NCBI GenBank assembly: GCA_964650355.1
Contig: CAZYTL010000005.1
Coordinates: 23,209-87,208 of the forward strand
Direction: 5' to 3'
Length of the DNA stretch: 64,000 nt
From: an uncultured Gammaproteobacteria bacterium
GTDB lineage: Bacteria > Patescibacteriota > Microgenomatia > CAYXHB01 > CAZYTL01
Shown here: positions 48,323 to 57,827 of the stretch, in pieces
Position numbering within the stretch: the first letter of the stretch is position 1
Layout: every line of letters begins with the position of its first letter
Position numbers and translations under genes: made by a program
Notes under the pieces: model-generated
Told to the model about the DNA's origin: nothing
The model's database searches: none
Seen by the model: only the letters and a program-made list of their open reading frames with translations

Positions 48323-50100
48323 CTACCAGTCTCTTAACTGAGCCAGAAATCAAACACCCTTCTCCTCTGCATTTTTTTATCATCAAGGACCACAATGACA
48401 TAATGTTAGAAATTAAATAAAAATCTTCATTTCCAATTCTTCTGTAACTCCTACCTCCATCCCGACAGCCAAGTGTCACTCCTAAAATGATCAACCGCGG
48501 ATCAATATCCATCCGCATAAGACCAGTCCTATTGAATGACTGAATTCCCCGTTGTGCCCTCCTGCTCCTAACATCACCCAATTTCAGGAGCGATTTATCC
48601 AAATTCCGAAGCTCCATTAATTAGGGGTACAACTATTCGCTAACCCCGACACTTCTGACGCAGAAAGAGCACGGTTATACACTCTAATTTCATCAAGATC
48701 CCCTGTAATATCAGCACCATCACTAACCCCCCTACAATCCATTCCAACTCCCACATAACAAATATGTCCAATCGGTGGTCCAGTGGCTCGGCTAACAACG
48801 CTCACCCCGTTAACATACAACCTAGCCATACCGTCTGTATCGGAATAAGTTAAAGCCACGTGACTCCATTGGCCAACTGGTAAAGGATTAGAGGCATTAA
48901 GGTAATCATAACCTCCTCCTCGGTGAATTAAGCCTTGAGGACGATTTTGACTGTCAAGATTTATAATGAATGTACTCCGGCCATCAATAACTAGGTTATA
49001 AGAACCGCTTTGCGTTCTCGGCCTAACCCAAGCCGCAATCGTAAAATCTGTCACATCAAAATCGCCCCCATCAGTACCAGAGGGACTGATAAAAGTTCTA
49101 TTCCTACCGTCGATACTAAGAGCTTGCCCCCCACACCCACCGTTGATCCATGTATCTCCAGTCGGATCCAAGAGAGAAGTATGATAATTATATCCCGACA
49201 TATCAAATACATTACTATCTGATTCGTTATCGAACGAATAATATAGAATCAGCCCTGGTTCAGGTGAGGGTTCTGGTGTGACCATAGTTGTCGGTGTCGG
49301 GGTAGGTGTCGACGTCGGAGGGACAGGTTCTATACACAATCCGGTATCAGGATCGCACACCTCCGGATCAGTACATCCACTAACTACACAACTCGATACA
49401 CACGTTCCCGTATCCGGATCACATACCCCATACCCGTCACATACACTCGGATCTGTAGTACAATCATACCCCCCACATAGATAAGTCGGATTGTCCCCAC
49501 TCGGCTCACATTGCCCCCCACTTCCACACGCCGCAGATGACCAACACTCTAATGTACATGGATTCCCCGGATCTTTCGCCTGACATGCATATTCCCCTAC
49601 CCCTCCATACGGATTACATACCTCACATTGCCCACACGCACTCGGATCATCAGGATCACATGGCGTCAGACTCCCAGGCGGTGTCGTCGGTCCCGGCCCA
49701 GGCGGTACCGTCACCTCCGGTGGCGGTGTCGGTGTTGGTCCTCCTCCTGTACCAAACCCTTCAAATATCTCTATCCCCAAAAAATATTGCACCAAAATCG
49801 CTATCGCATACGATAACGCCAACACCGCAAACCCTATCAAACACTGCGTCAACCTCTCCCTCGCCTTCTGTAAATTAGATTGATCATCTCCACTCGTTAA
49901 CCACTGAAACCCTCCCCACAACAAACATAAAAATACCACCACTCCCCCTGCTATCAACACCATCCCCAATACCTTCGACAGAAATGTCGGTATCGATATC
50001 ACCCCACTAAATAGATTCCCCACCTCCTGTAAGTGCCCCAACAATTGCGTCACTGGCTGCATGCTAACCTTAGTATCTCATTCGCCTTTTTACCCTGTCA
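48190..50100. repeat. Tandem duplication unit 1: galT 3' end, spacer, surface-protein gene, promoter.
   Basis: 48190-48322 recurs at 50128-50280. 49500-50100 recurs near-identically at 51430-52036. Confidence 0.7.
48617..50062 (-). CDS. Membrane-anchored Cys-rich surface protein with N-terminal two-TM hairpin (TrbC/VirB2-like topology), PT linker, CxxC-rich region and C-terminal LamG-like domain.
   Basis: 481 aa. TM1 is VLGMVLIAGGVVVFLCLLWGGFQWL. The loop is TSGDDQSNLQKARERL. TM2 is CLIGFAVLALSYAIAILVQYFL. There are many CGQCEVC/CTLEC motifs. The LamG block is FTIAAWVRP...LYVNGV. Confidence 0.65.
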   Translation of the reverse strand: MQPVTQLLGHLQEVGNLFSGVISIPTFLSKVLGMVLIAGGVVVFLCLLWGGFQWLTSGDDQSNLQKARERLTQCLIGFAVLALSYAIAILVQYFLGIEIFEGFGTGGGPTPTPPPEVTVPPGPGPTTPPGSLTPCDPDDPSACGQCEVCNPYGGVGEYACQAKDPGNPCTLECWSSAACGSGGQCEPSGDNPTYLCGGYDCTTDPSVCDGYGVCDPDTGTCVSSCVVSGCTDPEVCDPDTGLCIEPVPPTSTPTPTPTTMVTPEPSPEPGLILYYSFDNESDSNVFDMSGYNYHTSLLDPTGDTWINGGCGGQALSIDGRNRTFISPSGTDGGDFDVTDFTIAAWVRPRTQSGSYNLVIDGRSTFIINLDSQNRPQGLIHRGGGYDYLNASNPLPVGQWSHVALTYSDTDGMARLYVNGVSVVSRATGPPIGHICYVGVGMDCRGVSDGADITGDLDEIRVYNRALSASEVSGLANSCTPN

Positions 50101-50112
50101 ATGTTAAATTAA
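50063..50112 (-). promoter_or_regulatory. Sigma70-like promoter of the surface-protein gene: TTGACA, 18 bp, extended -10 TGaGATACT, 11 nt to ATG.
   Basis: On the coding strand: aatttaacaTTGACAgggtaaaaaggcgaatgaGATACTaaggttagcATG. The same arrangement lies upstream of copy 2 (51985-52035). Confidence 0.5.
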
Positions 50113-50139
50113 ACATCTCCCCAAATCTCCCGTAACAAC

Positions 50140-50280
50140 TGCATCCATCCCTATAGCCCCTGGTACGTCCGTATCATCCCCAGATTCGTCACCCGCGCCG
50201 GCTTCGAACTGGGTACTGGTATCTACGTCAACGTCAAAGACCCAGCCCTAGCCGCCAAAGAACTCCGCAACCAAGACTAA
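50140..50280 (+). pseudogene. Orphan duplicate of the galT 3' end (last 44 or so codons), left by the tandem duplication.
   Basis: It encodes HPYSPWYVRIIPRFVTRAGFELGTGIYVNVKDPALAAKELRNQD*. This is nearly identical to the galT C-terminus. Confidence 0.7.
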
Positions 50281-50388
50281 AGCCTTCCTCATTCACTAAA
50301 ATGAAAAATTGCCGATTTCTGCCACACTAAATCTTAATTAAGCCCATATTCATCAACGACTTAATCCTCTCCTATCCCTTCTTTAGAA

Positions 50389-51984
50389 TTAGAATAAGTG
50401 AAAGTTATACACTGTATCCCCGCTCACATTCATATAATTAAAGTCACGGTATATATTCGGGCCATCCCTCAACAATGACCAAACTACATATCTTCCGTTA
50501 GGCAAGCCATTAATTCGATAGTTGCCGCTTGCATCAACCCTACCTGAACGAATCGCTCCGGTATCAACATTATAAATATAAATAGGAGTATTCGCTTGAG
50601 AAATCGGAATCCCTCCTGTCCCCGGATATCGATTAATTCCGCTCAAACTTCCGGTTCCTACACTCGGAGGAGTTAAAGTTGACAAATCAATATCTCTGAC
50701 AAATGGTACCCAGAAATTAATTATATTAGGCACGGTATCACTGGAATCCATAGTCCCGTGACCAAAAGTCAAAACACTGCCTTGTCTCCTCAGAATAGTT
50801 ATCAAATAACTATTTGGCGCATACTGCAATGGATAAAGACTATTCAACTGCAAGTCGCCTTGACTATTGGTTGTGAACGGACACCAAGAAATAGGAATGC
50901 TCGGATCCAGACTATAACTGAACAAATATCCTGGTTCGCTAGCATAAGCCGTACCATACAATAATAAATTAACATTTATATAAGTAGACGAACCCGTTAA
51001 CCCAGTAGCACAAGCATACTGCCCTGCTGGTGGTGTTGGAGTAGGAGGTATAGGAGTATTCGTCGGAGCAATGTATTCACATCTACAATTAGTCCATTCT
51101 TTCGCTCGGTTTTGACATCTCGGCGCTCCCGTAGAACTGTGCATCACCCTTCCGCATCCTATCCCACTCGTCTCCGTACAACTCGCGTCACTCCCTAAAT
51201 ACGCCCTGTTATTAGTCGCCAACCTATCAGTCCCTACATCCGTGCATTCCCGCCCCGCCCCAGAGCACAACTGGTTACAACTCTGATTAGTCGCAATATT
51301 AGGTATCGACGGATCTATACAATGACCCGTCTCAGGATCGCATACCCCGTACGGCTCACATATACTCGGATCTGTCGTACAATCTCTCTGCATACACTCC
51401 TCCCGGTATTCACCACCTTCCGCCGGTTCGCATTGCCCCCCACTCCCACACGCCGCAGCTGACCAACACTCTAAAGTACAAGGATTCCCCGGATCTTTAG
51501 CCTGACATGCATATTCCCCTACTCCACCATACGGATTACATACCTCACATTGCCCACATGCACTCGGATCACTCGGATCACATGGCGTCAGACTCCCTGG
51601 CGGTGTCGTCGGTCCCGGCCCCGGCGGTACCGTCACCACCGGTGGCGGTGTCGGTGTTGGCCCTCCACCACTTCCAAACCCTTCAAATATCTCTATCCCC
51701 AAAAAATATTGCACCAAAATCGCTATCGCATACGATAACGCCAACACCGCAAACCCTATCAAACACTGCGTCAACCTCTCCCTCGCCTTCTGTAAATTAG
51801 ACTGATCATCCCCGCTCGTCAACCACTGAAACCCTCCCCACAACAAACATAAAAATACCACTACTCCCCCGGCTATCAGCACCAAACCCAACAACCTCGA
51901 CAAAAACGTCGGTATCGATATCACCCCACTAAATAGATTCCCCACCTCCTGTAAGTGCCCTAATAATTGCGTCACCGGCTGCAT
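50389..51984 (-). CDS. Paralog of 48617..50062 with an identical N-terminal 230 aa (two-TM anchor plus Cys-rich region) but a different C-terminal half: a second Cys-rich block, PT linker, and a carboxypeptidase-regulatory-like beta-sandwich.
   Basis: 531 aa. The C-terminal block is RSGRVDASGNYRINGLPNGRYVVW. The N-terminal 5' half is near-identical to copy 1 at nucleotide level. Confidence 0.65.
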   Translation of the reverse strand: MQPVTQLLGHLQEVGNLFSGVISIPTFLSRLLGLVLIAGGVVVFLCLLWGGFQWLTSGDDQSNLQKARERLTQCLIGFAVLALSYAIAILVQYFLGIEIFEGFGSGGGPTPTPPPVVTVPPGPGPTTPPGSLTPCDPSDPSACGQCEVCNPYGGVGEYACQAKDPGNPCTLECWSAAACGSGGQCEPAEGGEYREECMQRDCTTDPSICEPYGVCDPETGHCIDPSIPNIATNQSCNQLCSGAGRECTDVGTDRLATNNRAYLGSDASCTETSGIGCGRVMHSSTGAPRCQNRAKEWTNCRCEYIAPTNTPIPPTPTPPAGQYACATGLTGSSTYINVNLLLYGTAYASEPGYLFSYSLDPSIPISWCPFTTNSQGDLQLNSLYPLQYAPNSYLITILRRQGSVLTFGHGTMDSSDTVPNIINFWVPFVRDIDLSTLTPPSVGTGSLSGINRYPGTGGIPISQANTPIYIYNVDTGAIRSGRVDASGNYRINGLPNGRYVVWSLLRDGPNIYRDFNYMNVSGDTVYNFHLF

Positions 51985-52036
51985 ACTAACTCTAGTATCT
52001 CATTCGCCTTTTTCCTCTGTCAATGTTAAATTAATA

Positions 52037-53452
52037 TTGATGCGCTCATCCTGGCTACCCAAATCTCTCATCTACCAAATATTCACCGGCCGTTGGTCAA
52101 TGGAAACTTCAACTCCCCCTCTCAAGGACCTATCTAAACGTAACTGGCAATCTTTAACCAATCTCGGATTTAATACTTTCTATCTTCTCGGCCTTTGGGA
52201 ACACCAAGGCCCCATTGTCGTAACTCAAGAAGAAGGAATTAATTTACCCTCTCCTCATAGTAATGAAGCTTCGTCCAAAGGACGATCGTCCTCTGGACGA
52301 AACGAAGCTCTTGAAACTCATCTTCCTCGCATCTCCTCCATGATGGCCCTCACCAACCACCAGATCGTTGACCCTCGTCTCGGAACCCAAGAGGACCTTA
52401 CCCAACTGATTAATCATTTCCATCAATTAAACTGTCAGGTAATCGTAGACTTCGTTCCCAACCACACAGCTACCACCCACCCCTGGGTCACCTCCCATCC
52501 CGAGTACTATTATCAAAAATCTTTCCCAAAAGGGAAAGATAACAACAATTTAACCATTCAACCATTCGACAATTTTCTTCCCGAATTTTCCGGCGACGTT
52601 TATAAACTCAACTACCAGAACCCCCAACTTCGCCAGGAAATGCTCCGCATCCTCCAATTCATCAGTCAACTCAACATCGATGCCGTCCGCTGTGACATGG
52701 CCCATCTAGTCCCCGCTGATTTCTGGTCCGAAGCCATCTCTATTATTAAAAATCAACACTCTGACTTTACCTTCATTGCCGAAGCCTATCCTCCCCACCC
52801 TTTTGATTACTCCGTTATCACCGATCTTATCAGAGCCGGATTCGACGCCGTCTACGACAGCCAACTCTACTATGACCTCAATCAAATCATCCTCCACCAC
52901 GCCCCACTCGACTACCTCACCAAACACATCAGTTACGTTTCTTCTCGTCTTCCCCAAACTAATAACTATCAACTATCAACTATCAACTACTTTTGTAACC
53001 ACGATGACCCACCCTTAAACAATCGACACAACGACCCAACAATTCAAAGCCAGATCGAAACTTACCTTGAGTCTCTCATCGCTCTCACTCTCTTCACACC
53101 CGGCACTCCATTCTTCTACAACGGCTCTCTTTTAGGATTCGACCATCGCCTGGCCCATCATTGGCTGGAGAAACTTCCTTTACAATACCAAGAAACCGAA
53201 AACCCCATCCCGGACCATCTGCAACAGATCTTTCGTCTCCGCCCTCAAATCACCACGGAAAAATTTCTCTCAATTTCTGTCAATTCCCAACTAATTTCTA
53301 TCTCTTACTCTCATCACTTAATCACCATCAACCTTACTCCTTCTCCGCAACCATTATCAAATTTCCCAACCACCCAACGCGGACTCGTCCACCAATACAC
53401 CTCTTCCGACCAACTTCCTCCCGGACAATCAGAAATCTTTCTCCTCCCTTAA
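52037..53452 (+). CDS. GH13-family alpha-amylase-like enzyme.
   Basis: YQIFTGRW (region 0), DFVPNHT (region I), AVRCDMAHLVP (region II Asp) and FIAEAY (region III Glu). Confidence 0.7.
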   Translation: MMRSSWLPKSLIYQIFTGRWSMETSTPPLKDLSKRNWQSLTNLGFNTFYLLGLWEHQGPIVVTQEEGINLPSPHSNEASSKGRSSSGRNEALETHLPRISSMMALTNHQIVDPRLGTQEDLTQLINHFHQLNCQVIVDFVPNHTATTHPWVTSHPEYYYQKSFPKGKDNNNLTIQPFDNFLPEFSGDVYKLNYQNPQLRQEMLRILQFISQLNIDAVRCDMAHLVPADFWSEAISIIKNQHSDFTFIAEAYPPHPFDYSVITDLIRAGFDAVYDSQLYYDLNQIILHHAPLDYLTKHISYVSSRLPQTNNYQLSTINYFCNHDDPPLNNRHNDPTIQSQIETYLESLIALTLFTPGTPFFYNGSLLGFDHRLAHHWLEKLPLQYQETENPIPDHLQQIFRLRPQITTEKFLSISVNSQLISISYSHHLITINLTPSPQPLSNFPTTQRGLVHQYTSSDQLPPGQSEIFLLP

Positions 53453-53677
53453 CACTAAATTAACCATCTCTTATTGCTGTTATCTGATTACTCTTTACCG
53501 ATTACGAACCCCACTTTCTATCAATTTCCAAATTTCACAATTTCCTATTTCTATTTTCTACTTCTTATTTCCTATCATTATCTTATTCATTGACTTCTTC
53601 TCTCCTCTAGTTCTACTATGAAAGTTAGATTACAAAACTAAAAATTTTTTTAATCTATTACCCACAATTCATAATTC

Positions 53678-54898
53678 ATGAACGTTCTAATGTTCGGTTG
53701 GGAATTGCCCCCCCACCACAGTGGAGGACTGGGCACAGCTTGTTATGGCTTAACCCACAGCCTTTGCCAACATGGAGTCAACATCAATTTCATCCTTCCT
53801 CGCAAACTTCCTCATCACATCTCGTTCATGCATGTCTATTCCGATCACATTTCTTCCGCCGATCTCTCCGTCACCGCCCTTAACTCCCTTCTTAAATCCT
53901 ATTCCACCACTGTCGATTATCAAACCCTTCTTTCCCAACTCACTCCCGAAGAGTTACAAGCCCACGTCTTTGGCCGCAACCTCATCGATGAAGCTCTCCG
54001 TTATGGTCGTCAGGCGGCCAAATGGGCCCGTCATCTTCCTCATGACCTCATCCATTCCCACGACTGGATGACTTATCCCGCCGGTATCCAGGCAGCTAAG
54101 ACCTCCGGCAAACCCTTTGTCGCCCACGTGCACGCCACCGAATTCGACCGCTGCGCCGGCGACCACGTCAACCACCAAGTCGCCGACATCGAATACCAGG
54201 GTTTAACAAGAGCCGATCGGGTCATCACGGTTAGTAAGTACACCAAAAACATCATAGTTAATAAATATGCCGTCAATCCCCACAAAGTTACGGTTGTTCA
54301 TAATGGCATCGAACCCCACGAATTCCCTCCCACCCATCTACCCACCCTCCTCCCTGGATATCAAGTTGTCCTCTTTGTCGGTCGACTCACCATCCAAAAA
54401 GGAGCTGACTACCTCCTCAAAGCCGCCCCCAAAGTGCTCCTCCATCGCCCTCGCACCATTTTCCTCATCACCGGTGACGGTGATCTCAAACGCCAACTCA
54501 TTATGGAAGCTGCTGGGCTGGGCGTTTCCCATCGCGTCCTCTTTACCGGCTTCATCCGTGACCGCCACCAACTTGCCTCTATTTACCAAGCGGCTGACGT
54601 CTTTGTCATGCCCTCGGTTTCCGAACCTTTCGGCATAGTCCCCTTGGAAGCCATGGCCAACCACAAACCAGTCATCATCTCCAAACAATCCGGCGTATCA
54701 GAAATAGTTAACCATAGTCTCAAGGTTGACTTCTGGGACGTAGACCGTTTAGCTGATCTCATCATCTCCGTTCTCAACTATCCTGCTTTGCAGGAGGAAA
54801 TGGCTTTCCAGGGAAACCGTGAACTCCAACACATTACCTGGGATAACGCTGCCCGCAAAACCCTGGCCGTCTATCAACAAGTCCTCAACCATTCTTAA
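53678..54898 (+). CDS. GT4-family glycosyltransferase (glycogen-synthase-like, GT-B fold).
   Basis: The N-terminus is GWELPPHHSGGLGTACYGL. It has FVGRLTIQKGADYL and the E-x7-E motif EPFGIVPLEAMANHKPVI. Confidence 0.65.
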   Translation: MNVLMFGWELPPHHSGGLGTACYGLTHSLCQHGVNINFILPRKLPHHISFMHVYSDHISSADLSVTALNSLLKSYSTTVDYQTLLSQLTPEELQAHVFGRNLIDEALRYGRQAAKWARHLPHDLIHSHDWMTYPAGIQAAKTSGKPFVAHVHATEFDRCAGDHVNHQVADIEYQGLTRADRVITVSKYTKNIIVNKYAVNPHKVTVVHNGIEPHEFPPTHLPTLLPGYQVVLFVGRLTIQKGADYLLKAAPKVLLHRPRTIFLITGDGDLKRQLIMEAAGLGVSHRVLFTGFIRDRHQLASIYQAADVFVMPSVSEPFGIVPLEAMANHKPVIISKQSGVSEIVNHSLKVDFWDVDRLADLIISVLNYPALQEEMAFQGNRELQHITWDNAARKTLAVYQQVLNHS

Positions 54899-54911
54899 AC
54901 CCCATAGTATC

Positions 54912-54939
54912 TTGACAAACAACTAATCCCCTGTATAAT
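54912..54939 (+). promoter_or_regulatory. Near-consensus sigma70 promoter: TTGACA, 16 bp, TGtTATAAT (extended -10).
   Basis: cTTGACAaacaactaatcccctgTATAATtg, read directly. It lies 215 nt upstream of the small ORF ATG. Confidence 0.6.
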
Positions 54940-54945
54940 TGAAAC

Positions 54946-55156
54946 CGTTGAAAACCTCCCCACACCGCGTGGAGAAGGGTTTTCTTCTCGCACCTTTATA
55001 AAGGTCAAAAGATGCTACCAGGTGTGCATTCTTGTGCCTCACCTGCAGCTCTAGCGGAACGGAAAGAGAATAAATACTCCTGATTCTTTTCCCCATCCGC
55101 TAGAGCACTCGCGCTCATGGCGGAAATAATGCTTACGCAGAAAGGAGGTGAAATCC
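54946..55156 (+). other. Roughly 210-nt GC-rich structured leader or possible cis-regulatory RNA with two clear hairpins (55019-55045 caggtg/cacctg, and 55048-55106 with an 11-bp stem gctctagcgga/tccgctagagc). It ends in the strong SD aaaggaggtg.
   Basis: Perfect inverted repeats are visible in the sequence. No tmRNA, RNase P or SRP hallmark motifs were found. Confidence 0.4.
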
Positions 55157-55498
55157 ATGCTGCGCAAGCGAAATCTGCTTTGGGCGGCCTTGGCCGCCAT
55201 CGTCGTCATCGGCTTGCTGGCGCCCCTCTGGGCACCCGCAACGCACACCGCAGAAGCCGCGGGACCCTGTTATTTTGCCAATAGGCAGAGGGTCTGCCCC
55301 ACCAGTTTACGCACTGAAAACTATGATTACCTCATGGGATTGGATGATACCGGACAAATCATCCAATCCTGGCGTGCTTCGCCTAACGGGCGCACCCAAA
55401 CGGACGCATATGATGCCAGAATCACCAGCTTTGCTGTCTTCGGCAAAGCCAACGGCATCAGCCAAGCAAGCTCGCCCAACTGGGGAGGCACGAGGTAG
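55157..55498 (+). CDS. Small secreted protein of about 113 aa with signal peptide and two Cys, in a GC-rich insert with foreign composition and a canonical SD.
   Basis: ATG at 55157, preceded by AGGAGG with a 7-nt spacing. The ORF track starts at the upstream GTG 55148. The signal peptide is MLRKRNLLWAALAAIVVIGLLAPLWAPATHTAEA. The GC content is well above the rest of the window. Confidence 0.5.
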   Translation: MLRKRNLLWAALAAIVVIGLLAPLWAPATHTAEAAGPCYFANRQRVCPTSLRTENYDYLMGLDDTGQIIQSWRASPNGRTQTDAYDARITSFAVFGKANGISQASSPNWGGTR

Positions 55499-55815
55499 CA
55501 CCCCGTTCCACCATGGGACACCCTGGGCTCCGGCTTTCTAGGGGGGCCCTTTTTCATGCTCATAAGTTCCCCTCCCTCAACTCCTTCTTCCATCTCCATT
55601 CCAAACCCGCTAAACTAAAGGCAGTGCATTAAGAATCACGAATCAAGAATCTCCTATAAGGGGAATAAACCATTATATCCGCAAATTCCTTATTCTTATC
55701 GTGTTCAGAAACTAATAACTATTAAATTAACTATTAATTGGTTACTTTCCAATCTTGATGTGAAACTTGTCCCAAAGGGACCCCTTCGGGGAAACTAATA
55801 CCTGATACTATCCTT

Positions 55816-57057
55816 ATGGCCGCCGTCGTCCTCTATTTCCACGTCCACCAACCATTTCGCGTCAAACCCTACTCCATCTTCCAGGCAGGTCATGACCATC
55901 AATACTTCAACGCCAATAGCGGATCCCGACTCGATAACCAAAAAATCCTTCGCAAAGTCGCAGACAAATGTTACCTTCCTGCCACCAAAATCCTCCGTGA
56001 CCTGATTTCCCGCTATCCCGATTTCAAAGTTTCATTTTCCATTTCCGGTCCTATCATTGAACAACTCAGACAATTCGCCCCTGAAGTTCTCCACTCCTTT
56101 CAGGATCTGGTGGCCACCGGCAACGTGGAACTTCTCGCCGAAACCTACCACCATAGCCTCTCCTTTCTCTATTCCCAACCAGAATTTCACCGCCAAATCC
56201 AACTCCAACATCAAAACATTCAGGATACCTTTGGCTACACCCCCACCGCCTTCCGTAATACCGAACTCATTTACAATAACGCCCTTGCCGCTGAAGTCGA
56301 AAAACTCGGTTATCAGGTAATTCTGGCCGAAGGCATTGACTCCGTACTTGGTTGGCGCAACCCCAATTTCGTCTACCGACCCGCTACCACCCAAAAATTG
56401 AAACTCTTACTCAAAAACTATCGTTTATCCGACGATATCGCCTTTAGGTTCTCCGAACGCTCATGGAACGAATGGCCCCTTACCGCCGAAAAATTCGCCA
56501 ACTGGGTCTCCCAGGTAAACGGCAACGGCCACGTAGTCAATCTCTTCATGGATTTTGAAACTTTAGGAGAACATCAATGGGCCGACTCAGGCATCTTCGA
56601 TTTTCTCCACCAACTTCCCTACGAAATCTACCGTCATCCTGATAACCAATTCATGACCGTCACTCAAGCCGCCCAAACCTTTCCGGTCATGGATACCATC
56701 GACATGCACCACCTCACTTCCTGGGCAGACACCGAACGCGACCTCTCAGCTTGGCTCTCCAACCCCATGCAGCACTCCGCCATCCAAACTCTTTACGACC
56801 TGGAAGAACTCATTCTCAATACCGACGATCCCGAGTTAATTTCCGACTGGCGCCACCTCCAATCCAGTGACCACTTCTATTATATGTGCACCAAATGGTT
56901 CAATGACGGCGACGTCCATAAATACTTCAACCCCTACGAGACTCCTTATGATGCCTTTATCAATTACATGAATGTTCTCCACGATCTCAGGCATCGGGCC
57001 GAATCCCACCCCCGCAACACCACCAAACACAAGTTGACAACCAAGAGCCAAAAGTGA
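55816..57057 (+). CDS. GH57-family alpha-glucan-active enzyme.
   Basis: The N-terminal HQP motif (LYFHVHQPFR) is recalled from GH57. There is an acidic FMDFETLGEH region. It sits in an alpha-glucan gene neighbourhood. Confidence 0.6.
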   Translation: MAAVVLYFHVHQPFRVKPYSIFQAGHDHQYFNANSGSRLDNQKILRKVADKCYLPATKILRDLISRYPDFKVSFSISGPIIEQLRQFAPEVLHSFQDLVATGNVELLAETYHHSLSFLYSQPEFHRQIQLQHQNIQDTFGYTPTAFRNTELIYNNALAAEVEKLGYQVILAEGIDSVLGWRNPNFVYRPATTQKLKLLLKNYRLSDDIAFRFSERSWNEWPLTAEKFANWVSQVNGNGHVVNLFMDFETLGEHQWADSGIFDFLHQLPYEIYRHPDNQFMTVTQAAQTFPVMDTIDMHHLTSWADTERDLSAWLSNPMQHSAIQTLYDLEELILNTDDPELISDWRHLQSSDHFYYMCTKWFNDGDVHKYFNPYETPYDAFINYMNVLHDLRHRAESHPRNTTKHKLTTKSQK

Positions 57058-57078
57058 GAACCTGAATAATAAATCCCT

Positions 57079-57684
57079 ATGACCTTTCCTGTCCCACCCA
57101 CTAACTACTACCGTACCCCAAAATGGCAAGCCCCGGTCAAACCCAGCTATCGCAGTTTCTGGCTCAACGACGGCACCGTCATCCAAAACATCTGGCAACT
57201 CAAACACGTCTTCAAAACCGCCCCTGATCCCATTTTCTATCATCACGTCCACGATCAGACCAATCAATTCGCTGATTGGATCGACCAGGCTGTTTGGGAT
57301 CATCAACTCGCCCACTTACTCCGCAACCAAACCCACCGCTGGGGAATGATCGTCGCCCTGGAACGCCACCAAATGCGTTCTCTCAACCTCCCTCCGTATT
57401 TAGCCGCCCGGTGGCTCTCTCCCACCCCTGAAAGCTTCTACCTCTCCAATAACCGCTACCTTTATAGCCTTACCGAACTCAAACACGCCCTCATGGACAT
57501 CGACGAACCCTTGTTCAAACAACACCTCCAAACCGTTCCCAGCGACTTCGTCAATTGGATCAATGACTCCATCGGTAACTACCTCTTGGCTGAGATCCTA
57601 GCCGACGACACCAACCAAACCAAATTCCTCATCCACCTCTCCGATCATCTGGAAATGCTCCACGAAGCCGCCAAAGACTACTAA
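57079..57684 (+). CDS. Hypothetical protein.
   Basis: 201 aa ORF. C-ending codon usage as in its neighbours. No recognised motif. Confidence 0.5.
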   Translation: MTFPVPPTNYYRTPKWQAPVKPSYRSFWLNDGTVIQNIWQLKHVFKTAPDPIFYHHVHDQTNQFADWIDQAVWDHQLAHLLRNQTHRWGMIVALERHQMRSLNLPPYLAARWLSPTPESFYLSNNRYLYSLTELKHALMDIDEPLFKQHLQTVPSDFVNWINDSIGNYLLAEILADDTNQTKFLIHLSDHLEMLHEAAKDY

Positions 57685-57739
57685 AAATCCTTCCCCTCCT
57701 CTTGCATCTCCTGCTATACTTAATGTCGTCGTTATCAAT

Positions 57740-57827
57740 TATTTATTGTTTTATTAATTTATTGATTTATTGTTCGAAGCTCGCATAGCGAGCATTTTTA
57801 ATAAACTAATAAACTAATAAATCTTAC
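57740..57827. other. AT-rich inverted-repeat spacer (ttattaatttattgatttattg ... aataaactaataaactaataaa) around a GC hairpin gctcgc-ata-gcgagc.
   Basis: Read directly. Related AATAAAT(C)AATAAAT repeats flank the four-helix-bundle gene at 58915-58999 and 59402-59434. Confidence 0.45.

Larger units (their letters stand above)
50128..52036. repeat. Tandem duplication unit 2.
   Basis: See unit 1. Confidence 0.7.

Noticed and set aside
54946-55156. tmRNA, RNase P RNA or SRP RNA in the GC-rich structured region.
   Set aside because: It lacks GGAAAGTCCGG (RNase P), the tRNA-like GGTTCGA end and tag reading frame (tmRNA), and AGGTCAGGTCCGGAAGGAAGCAGC (SRP). It is kept only as an uncharacterised leader.
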